From positions 1-64,000 of the forward strand of contig JABIHA010000068.1 in NCBI GenBank assembly GCA_018649885.1: DNA of 64,000 nt. Reading direction: 5' to 3'. This stretch comes from Bacteriovoracaceae bacterium. GTDB lineage: Bacteria; Bdellovibrionota; Bacteriovoracia; Bacteriovoracales; Bacteriovoracaceae. This document shows, in pieces, positions 50,181 through 61,167 of the stretch (the first letter of the stretch is position 1; the number at the start of each line of letters is the position of its first letter). Position numbers and translations under genes: made by a program. Below the pieces are notes generated by a model. It had not been told where the DNA came from. It saw only the letters and a list, made by a program, of their open reading frames with translations, and searched no databases.

Positions 50181-53100
50181 CGGTTGTGAAAATGTATCAC
50201 TTGGTGGAATGATTTCTCTTTCGCCCCTACTGGAATCCCGATTACTTTTATAGTTCTTGTACTTCCTAAGTAAATCAAAATAAATGTAGCAAAGACAAGG
50301 CACAAAAATTAGCGTTAAGGCCGTAGAAAAAATAAGACCGTAGGCAAAACTTAAGGCCATCGGTTTTAAAAATGGGTCCCCACCCGGCGAGTGAGCAATG
50401 GGAAGAAGACCTGCAACTGTGGTGAAAGTCGTAAGGATAACGGGTCTAAACCTAGACTTAGCAGCCTGTCTAATAGCTTCTTTTACATTATCTAGTTCTG
50501 CCATTTTTATATTTATAAAATTAACGAGAACAATTGAATCATTAACAACAACTCCCACGAGTCCAATGACACCAAGTAATGCCATGAAACTGATGGCCTT
50601 TCCCATAACAAAGAAGGTTATGACAACACCTATTAATCCAAGGGGAATAGCAGACATAATGATCAATGGCTGGATGAGACTAGTAAACATGGCAACTAAA
50701 ATGGTAAAAATGATAAAAAGAGCAATGATTGCGGCCCTAGAAAGTCTCATCATAGATTCCTGAGTATCTTTATTTTCACCACCAAACTCGAAGTTTAATT
50801 TTGGGTATTGTAATAATAGATTTGTCACATATGGCTTCATAGTTTTAGCTGCTCCCACTGGAGTCGTAATGCTTTTATTTAACTCAGCTGTTATAGAGAT
50901 TGTTCTCTTTCGATTAAATCTTCGTATTACAAATGCTCCAGGTTTTTCACTAGCGGTAGCAACTTTTGAAAGCTTTATTCTTCTGCCTTGATTATTTAAA
51001 ACATAGATCTGATCCAGCGACTCGAGACTGCTTTTGGCCTGGTCATTAACTTGGACGACAATATCTATATCCTCATCGCTTTCTCTAATCTGTGTAACCT
51101 CATCTTCTGAAAAGGCCATACGAAGCTCCAATGCCACTTTTCTTGCTGTTAAGCCAAGCCTTAGAGCTTCTGATTCATTGATTGAATATACTATTTGCTT
51201 TTTGCCTTCTTCATAATCTACTTCGGTACTGACCACTCCTTCAACAGAAGAAAGCTTCTCTTCAATGGTTCTCGCTACCGATTTCATAAGATTTAAGTCT
51301 TCACCCCTGAGCTGGATATCCACAGGCTTGCCTTTAGGTGGTCCCCCTTGCGCTTTTTTCGTCAGCACTTCAAACCCCTCTAAAACCCCTTTAGTTTTAG
51401 AAATAAGATCAGCTACGATTTCATCTGTCCCTCTATTTCTCATATCAGGTGAAGTTAAATAAATGGAAAATGTTCCATAGTGAGTTCCAGAGCGATTTCC
51501 ATGATCTCCTCTTAAAAGTCCAACTTGTGATCTCAGTCCTTCAAACTCATCTTTTGTAACATTTTTAAGAATGATTTTTTCCGCACTTTTCATGGCTTCA
51601 TCTGTAACCCTAAGAGGTGTTCCCACAGGTCCTTTCAAGTGCATAAAAACTATCCGGACATCATCTCCCGGAAATAATTCAAACTTCATCTGCTTCGCCA
51701 AAAGAAGGGATCCCACAAACATAATAAGAAAGAAGCTCACTACTGATTTTGGAAACTTCAAAGCAAAATTCAAACTCATAGAATAAGATTTTGACAGTGG
51801 TTCGTACCATCTTTTCTTATTCTTTTTCACTTTTTTAACTTTTACAAATTCAGCTAAGTGAGAAGGAAGAATAAAGAAACATTCAAACCAAGAGGCCAGT
51901 AAACAAATGATAACAACAGCTGGGACAGGCCATAAAAACTTGCCCATTATGCCGCCCATAAATAAGAGGGCCCCAAATGCTGCAATTGTCGTTAAAACCG
52001 TGGCCAAAACTGGTTTTTGAGTTTGCACAGCGGCCTTAATAGCAGCCTCTTTAGGCTTCATTCCCGCTTCAATATATTGATAGAATTGTTCAGCAACAAT
52101 TATGGAATCATCAACTAACATCCCCAAAACAAGTATCAGTCCAAACATGGAGATAAGATTTATATTCATTCCCACCATGTCCATCGCGGAAAAGGAAACC
52201 AAGAAAGCCAGTGGTGCTCCCAATGAGGTTACTAGAGAGGTCCTGAAATTTAAAAAGAGCATCAAGCAAAGAAAAACAAGAAATATCCCTTGCATGCCAT
52301 TTTTTGTTAAAACTCCAAGTCTTCTTTTTACATAAAAACTTAAATCATCCATTAGTGTGTAAGAGAAATCACTATATCTCTCTTCTTTAAAGAATTCCTC
52401 AATAACGCGCTTCACTTTTTTTGTGGATCTAATATTATCGGCAGACTCTTTTTTTCTTATATTTAAAATGACTGCTGGTTTTCCAGAAGCCCGCTCCAGC
52501 ACACTCGACTCTTTAAGTTGCTCTTCAACTATCGCCACATCAGAGACCCTGACCTTAAAGCCCATGGAGTTTGACCTAATAATGACCTCTTCGACATCCT
52601 TAGCATCAACAAACTCAGATATGGTCCTGACCATAATGTCTTCGGCACCAAGCTTGATATTACCGGCCGATAAATTTATGTTTCGAGATTTAATGGCCCC
52701 TGCTACTTCAGACATTGTTAGGTCATAGGAATTCAATTTCTCTAAATCAACTGCCACTTTAATAATTTTTTCTCTATCACCACTTAAATCAACAAGAGCA
52801 ATATCTTGTATATCTTCAATTGAATTTTGAAGGCTCTTTGCCACTCTCCGACGATCCCATACCTCGCCACCTGTGACTGCTACTTTTATAATTGATCGTC
52901 TGGTATTTTTAATATTGGTAACAGTAGGTTTTTCAACTTCATCCGGGAGATCACTCACTGTGTCTATAGCATTTTTTATATCGTCCAGTACCAACTGAGT
53001 GTCTGCATCAGCTTCTAGAGTGCCATAAAGAATTGATCTGCCCTCTGCTGAAATAGCATTTAGCTCTTTTAAACCTTCTGTCCCTTTAATGGCCCTCTCA

Positions 53101-53303
53101 AGAGGTATAGTCACAAGTTTTTCTACATCCTCACTACTTGAACCAGGATAACTTGCACTGACAATGACAACTCCAAAATCCACATTGGGAAACATATCTT
53201 TTTGCAGCATGAAAGCAGAAAATGCTCCCGCAACTAAAATGGCGACTGAGACAAGATTGACTAGAAGGGAGCGCTCAACGCAAAACTTAATTAATTTTTC
53301 CAT
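50175..53303 (-). CDS. RND efflux permease (AcrB/AcrD/AcrF family)
   Basis: About 1040 aa; GMLVDDSIIV, GVVVNDSIVL and RFRPVILTT motifs. Confidence 0.93.
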   Translation of the reverse strand: MEKLIKFCVERSLLVNLVSVAILVAGAFSAFMLQKDMFPNVDFGVVIVSASYPGSSSEDVEKLVTIPLERAIKGTEGLKELNAISAEGRSILYGTLEADADTQLVLDDIKNAIDTVSDLPDEVEKPTVTNIKNTRRSIIKVAVTGGEVWDRRRVAKSLQNSIEDIQDIALVDLSGDREKIIKVAVDLEKLNSYDLTMSEVAGAIKSRNINLSAGNIKLGAEDIMVRTISEFVDAKDVEEVIIRSNSMGFKVRVSDVAIVEEQLKESSVLERASGKPAVILNIRKKESADNIRSTKKVKRVIEEFFKEERYSDFSYTLMDDLSFYVKRRLGVLTKNGMQGIFLVFLCLMLFLNFRTSLVTSLGAPLAFLVSFSAMDMVGMNINLISMFGLILVLGMLVDDSIIVAEQFYQYIEAGMKPKEAAIKAAVQTQKPVLATVLTTIAAFGALLFMGGIMGKFLWPVPAVVIICLLASWFECFFILPSHLAEFVKVKKVKKNKKRWYEPLSKSYSMSLNFALKFPKSVVSFFLIMFVGSLLLAKQMKFELFPGDDVRIVFMHLKGPVGTPLRVTDEAMKSAEKIILKNVTKDEFEGLRSQVGLLRGDHGNRSGTHYGTFSIYLTSPDMRNRGTDEIVADLISKTKGVLEGFEVLTKKAQGGPPKGKPVDIQLRGEDLNLMKSVARTIEEKLSSVEGVVSTEVDYEEGKKQIVYSINESEALRLGLTARKVALELRMAFSEDEVTQIRESDEDIDIVVQVNDQAKSSLESLDQIYVLNNQGRRIKLSKVATASEKPGAFVIRRFNRKRTISITAELNKSITTPVGAAKTMKPYVTNLLLQYPKLNFEFGGENKDTQESMMRLSRAAIIALFIIFTILVAMFTSLIQPLIIMSAIPLGLIGVVITFFVMGKAISFMALLGVIGLVGVVVNDSIVLVNFINIKMAELDNVKEAIRQAAKSRFRPVILTTFTTVAGLLPIAHSPGGDPFLKPMALSFAYGLIFSTALTLIFVPCLCYIYFDLLRKYKNYKSNRDSSRGEREIIPPSDTFSQPS

Positions 53304-54742
53304 ATTGTTTTTTCCCAATACATTAAAAATTCAACTAAATTATTAGAGTAATAAACTTTCTTGGCCTGGAGTATTTCCCATTTGGCGAGATGGGCCGCAA
53401 AGGATTTTTCAGTACTAATCAAATCCTCTTCAGCTCGAATGACTCGGTCTAAGTCTGCTCTACCAAGATTGTACAGCCGATTAGTTTCTGACAGAGCTTT
53501 TTTACTAAGAAACCTTCTGGTTTCAGCTGACTTAACATTTTTTCTCACCTGACCAAGCTCCAGCTTAAGACTCTCAAAAGCAATTTTAATTGATTTCTTT
53601 GCTTTGCCCAAGTTTGATCCAGCCTGCTGTTTTTCTAAGACCACTTCAGACTTCTGAACATTTGCGGATTCATTACCAAGTGGGTAAGAAACAGTTAAGC
53701 CAACTGACCACTCTCTATTTTTCCCGCCAAGCTTTCCGGTATTAAAAGAATCGGAAAAACTTTTATCGTAATCGTTAGTTTGATAGCTTGTGGCAAGAGA
53801 TACTGTTGGCCAGTAATCAAGCCTAACCTCATTTTCCTTTTCATTTAAGTAGGACAACTTCTGCTCAAGAGATTTAATTTCAATATGCTGATCCAACTTG
53901 GCCGCAACACTTGATTCAAGTAAATTGTTACTATCTAGGACAAATTCCTTAATTTCAGAATCTGTGATACTTCGATTAACTGACTCAGAAAGAGTTCCAA
54001 GAGATGAGTAAAAATCTTTCCTTGCTTCCTCGTAACTTTCCAGTTGAAACTGCTGAGATATTTGAGATTGATAGAGGTCTACTTTTTCTTTTAGACCATC
54101 GTTCACCTTTCTCTGAACATCTTTTTGGCGCCTTTTTGATCTCTGATATGCCATCTGTTGTAGATTAATAATCGTTTTATTCAACCTAGCTGACACATAG
54201 GCACTATAAAAAGTTAAAAGAGCTTTTTGATCTACAAGATCAAGTGCCGACTTATTATAAGTTTCACTTAATCTGGCCATTTCCATTTGCTTATTAAATT
54301 CCCTTCCAAAAAAATTCTTGCCTAGGTCTTGTGAAACACTAAGCGTTTGGGAAAAGACATAGGGCTTTTTGGGAAGAGTTCCAATAGTAGCTGCTGGCCA
54401 CTTGCTTCTATTATATTTTGTTAGAGCGTTTGTCAGACTCAAACTAGTTCCAAAACCAAAGGACTTTGAGACACCTAGGCTTGAATAGGTGTAATCAGTT
54501 TCAAGTGGACTGGTATTAGAAGTTGAAGTCTCAAGCCTGCTTGAGTTCTCACTTAAACTCCCGTCAATGGACCAAGACTTAGTTGCACTCAAAGCAGCTT
54601 GTTCGAGCTCTGCAATCTTGCTTGAGTAAAAGTTTTCTTTAATAGAGCTATTTTCTTTCAAAAATTCCCCGATTAAAGATGCCGAGTAGACAGAAGTGAC
54701 GCTGCAACTATAGATAATCACTAAAAAATACACTTTACTCAT
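53291..54742 (-). CDS. TolC family outer membrane protein
   Basis: Signal peptide from ATG 54742 (GAGG RBS), OEP-type repeats, overlaps the RND start. Confidence 0.82.
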   Translation of the reverse strand: MSKVYFLVIIYSCSVTSVYSASLIGEFLKENSSIKENFYSSKIAELEQAALSATKSWSIDGSLSENSSRLETSTSNTSPLETDYTYSSLGVSKSFGFGTSLSLTNALTKYNRSKWPAATIGTLPKKPYVFSQTLSVSQDLGKNFFGREFNKQMEMARLSETYNKSALDLVDQKALLTFYSAYVSARLNKTIINLQQMAYQRSKRRQKDVQRKVNDGLKEKVDLYQSQISQQFQLESYEEARKDFYSSLGTLSESVNRSITDSEIKEFVLDSNNLLESSVAAKLDQHIEIKSLEQKLSYLNEKENEVRLDYWPTVSLATSYQTNDYDKSFSDSFNTGKLGGKNREWSVGLTVSYPLGNESANVQKSEVVLEKQQAGSNLGKAKKSIKIAFESLKLELGQVRKNVKSAETRRFLSKKALSETNRLYNLGRADLDRVIRAEEDLISTEKSFAAHLAKWEILQAKKVYYSNNLVEFLMYWEKTIWKN

Positions 54743-55027
54743 ATGATATTCCTCACAAAAATTTGCCAAAAATATACCAATTTTTTCACCAGATGATGAC
54801 CGCAAAATGTAAACAGTAAAACCCTTTAAAATCAAATGGTTAGATTATATTGTGGTGTCTATTCGTGAACCACCAATGAAAAAGTTACAAGAATTTAGTA
54901 AATGACTGTGTCTTACGCACTGCGCTATGTACAATCACTCAGTCTACTACTCACCAAATATGAAGTTTAACGGAGTTCGAAGTCTGCCTTTGAGGGTTCG
55001 ATTTATGTATCTGTGGAGGATATTAAA

Positions 55028-57522
55028 ATGAAGCACAAATTTTTTAAACTACTTATGATTATGGCCATGGCCCCATCGGCATTGGCATCACACAGAGACA
55101 GTGTCATTTCAGGCTTTGAAGGCCCCGCTGATCCACCTGCCAACGTGCAAGGAACAATTTGTAGAGAATATATTAATGATGGTGATGAACATAGCGCCAC
55201 TGTATGTAACTCTGGAGTTGCCTCAGCTGATAAATTGGCCCAAAAATATGCAAAAGCAGCCGGTGGCTACTTAGGTTGCATCATTGGTTACTCTGATGGA
55301 ATTCAAAATGGTTATGATAGAGGTGATGGAATTTCTCAAGGTATGCTTCAACAAGCAACCGCTGAATACGCTCATGCAGAATTTACGACAGCTATATCAA
55401 GAGCTGGCGATAAGGCCATAAGAGAAGGTAGAACTGAATCAGCCTCTCAAATTATAAGTGGCTATAGGTCTGTTCTTGGACTCAATCCTTCGCTTCAAGA
55501 AAAAAATTAAGAGATGAAGTTAAGGTTTATAAGTACCCTCGAATTACATTTTCAGGCTTTGACGGTGGATATGCCAACGACATTGATCAAAAAGTGGTTA
55601 CAGATGTAGACTTCTCTGATGTTTATAGAGCTAGATGGGTTAAATCATCAGACTCTTTTGATGAAAAATTAATGGCCCACTACCTTTATAAAGAAGAAAG
55701 AAAAGAAGGTGCTCAAATTTGTAAAATTGCTAATTCAGTATTTGAAGGACATGGTTTTCCAACACTTACATTTTGGGACTACTGGAGAGCTGAAGAACAA
55801 ATCGATTTTGCAAAATATGGTTGGAATAACGCCGATTGGGCGTGGAAAATCTTTGACCGTGTTGAAAATAATATGGATGAGTTTGAAAACTATATGGGTA
55901 TTGCCGCAAATTATAAAAGGCATTACACAGAAGAATACATTGTGGCAGAAGCCACTTACGAGCTAGATGAAAGACTCAAACTAGATCAATTCGAAAATCC
56001 CATTCCTGTAATGGTTACTAATCCAGATGGAACCCAGTCTCAACAAGTTGATGGACAAGGCCGACTGGTATTTGAAAAAGAAACTTACATGAAAGAAAAA
56101 ACCCCTACAATCATGGGATCACGACCAGCCACAAGAGATCTCACTGGAGCGGAAGTAAGAGAATACAAGGCCATCTACAGAAGAGGATTCAAGGAATCAT
56201 ACCAAAGACATTGGGCAAAAGCTTATGCTCAAAATGAATTTGATACTCAAAAAGCAGTTATGACTGCAGTCGGTGATCGAGTCGGCTACGAGGTAGGCCA
56301 AAAAGCTGGTGATCAATTGGCAAGAAGACAAGCTTACAATGCTCAATACAAAGCAATTTCTGCCAGAGAATATGGTAAGGTGGCTAAGCTTAAGTACGAA
56401 AAAAGCTTTGATACATTAATCGAAATTTTTGAAAATAATGCTGTTGTTGAACTAGATCAAGCAACCTTTTCCGGCTCTACAGATGATTCAATCTGGAGAA
56501 ATGGTGAAGGAATCTTTGTAAGTTTTGATATTACAAACTTAGGTGAAAGAGGCGGTGATTTATCTCTGGCCCTTTCCCAAACAAATGATATTGAAGCCGG
56601 AAATCCTTTTGTTTTTAGACCAAATGCACTTAGTAGATTTTCTGCTGATTCTGATCAACTAGGAATTATTTCTGAAGGACATTTGGCAGGAAGTACTGCT
56701 CAAATTAGAATGCATCTAAATAATCCAGGGGATCTTGGATCCTCCATTGGAGCAGAGCTCAACCAAACAAAAAATGAACCTATTGAAATAACAGATTATG
56801 CTGAATTAGAATCGGTTAATGGTTCAGTTGATATGCTTTCGGGAACAGTAACAGTTAATATTGACGTTCATAATCCAGCGATAGATTATGAGCATCTCTT
56901 CAAAACTGATGTGGTAGTATCACTTGATGGCGTTAATAAAAGCAAAAAGAAACCCATCCCTGCTGTAAAGCCTGAAAGAACTGCTGAGCATGCAATTACA
57001 ATAAGTGGTTTTGATACAATGGATCTTATCGAAAGAGGATCTCTCACAGGTACTGTAAAAACTTATGTTGCCGGAAAACTTGCCGACCAAAAGAAATTTA
57101 CCGCTGATCTTGAAGGTAATGAAAAAGAAAACTTTGTTGCTTATTTCAAAGCACTGATTGATCAAGGTACTGAGAAGGCTAGAATTAAAGAAGTTATCAA
57201 AAAGTTAGATGGATTTCTTAAGCGAGATCTTCATTTTACAAGTAGTAGCAATAAAATCAAATGGAATAAACCCCAAAAGGTTCAGCGCTCTATTGTTGGA
57301 AAGATTATTACTCAGTATCGTCATGACCTAGATAGCCTAAATGCTAAAGAGAAGAAATTCTACTTAGACCTGGCTAACACTATGGCCTTACATGTTCAAA
57401 CTAAAGGCAAGTACAGAGTAAGGGCAGGACTTTTCTTTCCCAAGAAAAAATTCTTAAAACAACTTGCAATTTTTGGTGGAAGTGACTTTCTTGTAGATGT
57501 TAAACACCATAAAAATAGATAA
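55028..57522 (+). pseudogene. large secreted protein (about 831 aa) split by a one-base frameshift in an A7 tract
   Basis: GGAGG RBS and signal peptide. Adding one A at 55500-55506 gives QEKKLRDEVKVYKYPRITFSGFDGG..., open and in frame with ORF 55594..57522. Confidence 0.8.
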
Positions 57523-57547
57523 GATTTCTAACTCCTAAATTGAATAC

Positions 57548-57573
57548 GGCCACTCTCACGAGTGGCCTTTTTT
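57548..57573 (+). terminator. Rho-independent terminator
   Basis: GGCCACTC-TCAC-GAGTGGCC followed by T6. Confidence 0.88.
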
Positions 57574-57691
57574 ATTGGGAATTGGTCTAATTACCTGATA
57601 TTACAACAAGCAAGTTGAAATCTAGCCATTAAAATTATTCTCACTTTCTTGCCATATTCCTTCTCTTTATATAATTAACATCACAGGTATT

Positions 57692-57991
57692 GAGCAGTTG
57701 AGACTATCGTCGGTCACCCTATTTACTAGGATGACGGGAGGAAAGTCCGGACTCCACAAGGCAGCCTAGCGGGTAACGCCCGTCCACCGTAAGGTGAGGA
57801 CAAGTGCAACAGAAAGTATGTACAGGTTATGCTGTAGTGAAACCAGGTAAACTCTAGGCGGAGCAAGCTCAAATAGGCCAGCGATTAAGGGGAGCCTCTC
57901 CAAGTTGGCGGGTTGAGTGCATGAGGTTAAAGGCAACTTTAATCCTAGATAAATGATAGTCCTCGACAGGATCCGGCTTACACGACTGCTC
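57692..57991 (+). ncRNA. rnpB: RNase P RNA
   Basis: GAGGAAAGTCCGG, GTGCAACAGAAA, GGTAAACTC, AGATAAATG and ACAGGATCCGGCTTA universal motifs; P1 pairing GAGCAGTTG/CGACTGCTC extends to 57685/57998; TATAAT at 57670. Confidence 0.96.
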
Positions 57992-58105
57992 AATACCTTT
58001 TTTCCAAAAAAATCCTGAATTTATTCCAAGGAACACTGTTTCATTCTCATGAAATTCAAAATCTCTGATAGGTTTAGAAAAATAATTGAACTGGGGGGTT
58101 CTTCT

Positions 58106-58918
58106 ATGAAAGCAGCAGTACTGCTGATTAGCGCTTTGATTTCATTTTCTAGTTTTTCAATTACTCTTGGCCATAAGATTGAATACAATGAGGCTCCTGC
58201 AGTTGGACAATTGCTCATTGGGAATGGGACATGCACAGCTACAGTTATTTCAGAAAGGGCAATTTTAACAGCTTCTCACTGCTATGACGATTCCGTTAGA
58301 ACAGCAAAGATAACAGGCTCCAGCCATCTCAGCCTATTTTTTCTCCCAGCAGTTCGTGAATTTTATCGAGTCGTTCATGTTTATAGGAATGTAGATCATA
58401 CAGCTGATATGGCGATTGCAATTCTAGACCGAGAAGTTCCTGGAAATATTAAACCACTAAAAATTTATGCGAAAAAATTTGCACCTACCGAGTCTACCGA
58501 AATCAAAATTATGGGATTCGGATATAATGGAGAGATCGAATACCCAGGAATTGCCAGCGACCAACTCAACACAATTGTGAACCTAACTTTGGGATTTGAA
58601 TCTTGGGATCAATTTAAAATGCTCGAAATGGCCCGGCTAGAATTTTTTGAAATGAGTGAGCCTTCACCCATTACGGGAAAAAGAGAAATCATATTAAGTA
58701 GCCTTGATGGCTCTCACCCCTGCGCTGGTGATAGCGGAGCAGCTCTTCTTGTTGAAAATGCAGGGGAGCTTCAAATTGTTGGGGTTCAAAGCCGGATAAA
58801 TTTTGATAGAATTATGACAGAAAAAGAAGAGGTTTGCCTTGGAGGCGTTCAAACCGTCGGCATGAGTATTTATGAAAACCTTGATTGGATAAAAAAGATC
58901 ATTCACCAGAGTAAATGA
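58106..58918 (+). CDS. secreted trypsin-like (S1) serine protease
   Basis: Signal peptide; TASHC (His), DMAI (Asp), GDSG (Ser). Confidence 0.9.
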   Translation: MKAAVLLISALISFSSFSITLGHKIEYNEAPAVGQLLIGNGTCTATVISERAILTASHCYDDSVRTAKITGSSHLSLFFLPAVREFYRVVHVYRNVDHTADMAIAILDREVPGNIKPLKIYAKKFAPTESTEIKIMGFGYNGEIEYPGIASDQLNTIVNLTLGFESWDQFKMLEMARLEFFEMSEPSPITGKREIILSSLDGSHPCAGDSGAALLVENAGELQIVGVQSRINFDRIMTEKEEVCLGGVQTVGMSIYENLDWIKKIIHQSK

Positions 58919-59012
58919 GAAATCTCTTATACTTAGTGGACAATATTTTATGAGACGATCACGTAGCATTGAGATATAATTTCGCTCAAAACCATTTCCC
59001 AGGTGTGCTGAG

Positions 59013-60107
59013 ATGAGATATTTTATATTTGCTGCAACTTTTCTTTTATCAATACAACTTCTTCATGCTGAAGATATTTGTAAGTACCGATTAACAAAAA
59101 TTGTTATTGAAGAAATGCCAAGCTGGGCCATCGACCTTCAAAATAGAAATATTCCTGAAGTAGTACTTCCCCTAAATACAATTATTTCAAATCTCGACGA
59201 TATTTTTTATGCAGGGAAAAGAGATCAGATAATTTGTGGGATATTAAAAGATGCCAAAAGTTACCAAGAAATTTGGACAAAAGTAGAAAAGGATACAGTT
59301 CTTCCCCCTATTCCTTTCACTCCAATTAACATTATCGCAGCGGGCTTAAATGAAAGTGGCCACATAAAAGAAAGTGGTGCAAAAGCTGGAAAAACATTGC
59401 TCTTTCCCAAGTCTCTCAAAGTAACTAGCGCCTACGCAGATATTCCTTACAAAAAAGAAATGCTTCTAGACTATGAATCTGAAATAGCTTTTGTAGTTTC
59501 AAAGAGAATTTCTTCAGCCGATCAAATCAATGAAAAAAATCTTAAAGACTTTATTGCAGGAGTTATGGTGGCCAACGATATTACTGATCGGCTTCCCATT
59601 ATTAAAAATCAAAAAAACTCTTTTACCATGGCAAAAAGTAAACCTGGATTTCTTCCCTTGGGACCTTTTTTTATTCCTAGCTCTAGCTTAAAATGGGTTG
59701 GTGGTAAAGACCCAAGCTATGTGCAAAAACTAAGAGTCAATAAAGATGAACGCCAATCTGGACATACTGCCAATAGAATTAAGAGTGTGTTAGAGATTAT
59801 CAAGTTAGCACTAAAGAGAAAAGACGAGCTATGGCCAATAAAAGATGGGGAGTCAATTCCTTTACTTAAAGGAGGAATGTTTCATCCTGGTGATATCATC
59901 CTAACAGGCACTATTTCAGGCGTTGCACTCAAGGCTCCAACAAGTTGGGAGAAATTTAAACTACTTCTAAAAGGTGCCCTTCACTTTAGAGGACCCACCT
60001 CTCAATTTATTGCTGAACAATACGAAAGTCCAAGATACTTGAAACCAGGTGATACCGTTTTTAATTTTATAGAGCGTCTTGGTGTCCAAATCAATAAAGT
60101 TAAATAA
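59013..60107 (+). CDS. fumarylacetoacetate-hydrolase family protein with signal peptide
   Basis: GLN..H, LDYESE, ANDIT.R, K..PGFLPLGP and PGDIILTGT motifs; N-terminal signal peptide. Confidence 0.85.
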   Translation: MRYFIFAATFLLSIQLLHAEDICKYRLTKIVIEEMPSWAIDLQNRNIPEVVLPLNTIISNLDDIFYAGKRDQIICGILKDAKSYQEIWTKVEKDTVLPPIPFTPINIIAAGLNESGHIKESGAKAGKTLLFPKSLKVTSAYADIPYKKEMLLDYESEIAFVVSKRISSADQINEKNLKDFIAGVMVANDITDRLPIIKNQKNSFTMAKSKPGFLPLGPFFIPSSSLKWVGGKDPSYVQKLRVNKDERQSGHTANRIKSVLEIIKLALKRKDELWPIKDGESIPLLKGGMFHPGDIILTGTISGVALKAPTSWEKFKLLLKGALHFRGPTSQFIAEQYESPRYLKPGDTVFNFIERLGVQINKVK

Positions 60108-61140
60108 CTTTCTTCATGGCCTTGATACTTGCTGTAGAAAAATTCGATTTTTCTAAGTCTGAACCTTTATAGATAAAACTATCTTTAGAAAAATTCTTTA
60201 AAAATTCTTTTTCACTGATGGCAATAACCAAGTTGGTTATTTTATATTTTGTAATACTCGTTTTATAAGAAGTAGCATCCTTAAAAAGGGACGGTTTAGC
60301 AGATAATACTGGATATTGAGTCAATTTCTTATCTTCTGAGCTAATGATAAAAGTAGGAATTTCAAATTGTCCTGAAAGCCACTGCTTAGCATCTTTTTTG
60401 TAACCCAAAACTTTGCCATTCTTTTTCACAATAATTCGCGCCAAAGTGAGTTCAAAATTCTTAGAGTTAATTTTTTTAGCTAACTCTTTTGGAAATCGTA
60501 AAGGATCACCTGAATTAAATGAAAAACAGTCATCACTCATTGGACACAATTCGCAAGATACCTTTTTAGATCTGCAGTAAACTCTTCCAAGATCCATCAA
60601 AGCTTCATTGAGTCCCCTAAAACCACTTTTAAATTCTTTGAGTATTTCTTTTCTATCAAATTGGTCTCTAATCTCCCTTTGGAGCTTAGGCCCTTTGAGC
60701 TCACCTATCCCATAAATTCTTGAAAGCACCCTTTCAAGATTTGCATCAACTGCCAGGGCCCTTTGGTTTTGTCCGATAGAAATTAAAGCACTCGAAGTAT
60801 AGGGTCCAATGCCTCCAATTTCTACTAATTCATCAATTTTCTTAGGAATCACCCCAGAATGTTTATCCTCAATTTCAATACAGGCCCGCCTTAAATTTTT
60901 TGCTCGTCTATAATATCCTAAACCTTTCCAGTTAATAAGAATTTCTTCCTCACTGGAAGCTGCTAAATCAGACAAGCTTGGATAAATACTTATAAATCTA
61001 TCAAAATGATTGACCACAGTCCCAACAGTTGTTTGCTGAAGCATAATCTCTGAAACGAATGTTTTATAAAGTGATCTGTTCACTCTCCACGGAAGGTGTG
61101 AATAGTTAGATTTGGACCAGCTGATTAATTTTTTAAACAT
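60100..61140 (-). CDS. mutY: A/G-specific adenine glycosylase
   Basis: LPWR, SEIMLQQT, WKGLGYY.RA, HhH-GPD, four-Cys Fe-S motif. Confidence 0.93.
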   Translation of the reverse strand: MFKKLISWSKSNYSHLPWRVNRSLYKTFVSEIMLQQTTVGTVVNHFDRFISIYPSLSDLAASSEEEILINWKGLGYYRRAKNLRRACIEIEDKHSGVIPKKIDELVEIGGIGPYTSSALISIGQNQRALAVDANLERVLSRIYGIGELKGPKLQREIRDQFDRKEILKEFKSGFRGLNEALMDLGRVYCRSKKVSCELCPMSDDCFSFNSGDPLRFPKELAKKINSKNFELTLARIIVKKNGKVLGYKKDAKQWLSGQFEIPTFIISSEDKKLTQYPVLSAKPSLFKDATSYKTSITKYKITNLVIAISEKEFLKNFSKDSFIYKGSDLEKSNFSTASIKAMKKVI

Positions 61141-61167
61141 TCACTATTTCTACAATCAAAACTCTAC

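Noticed and set aside
50398..52728. Several plus-strand ORFs inside the RND gene, and similar antisense ORFs elsewhere
   Set aside because: Antisense shadows of long, well-supported genes with no motifs of their own.
57766..57993. 75-aa minus-strand ORF
   Set aside because: Antisense to the RNase P RNA.
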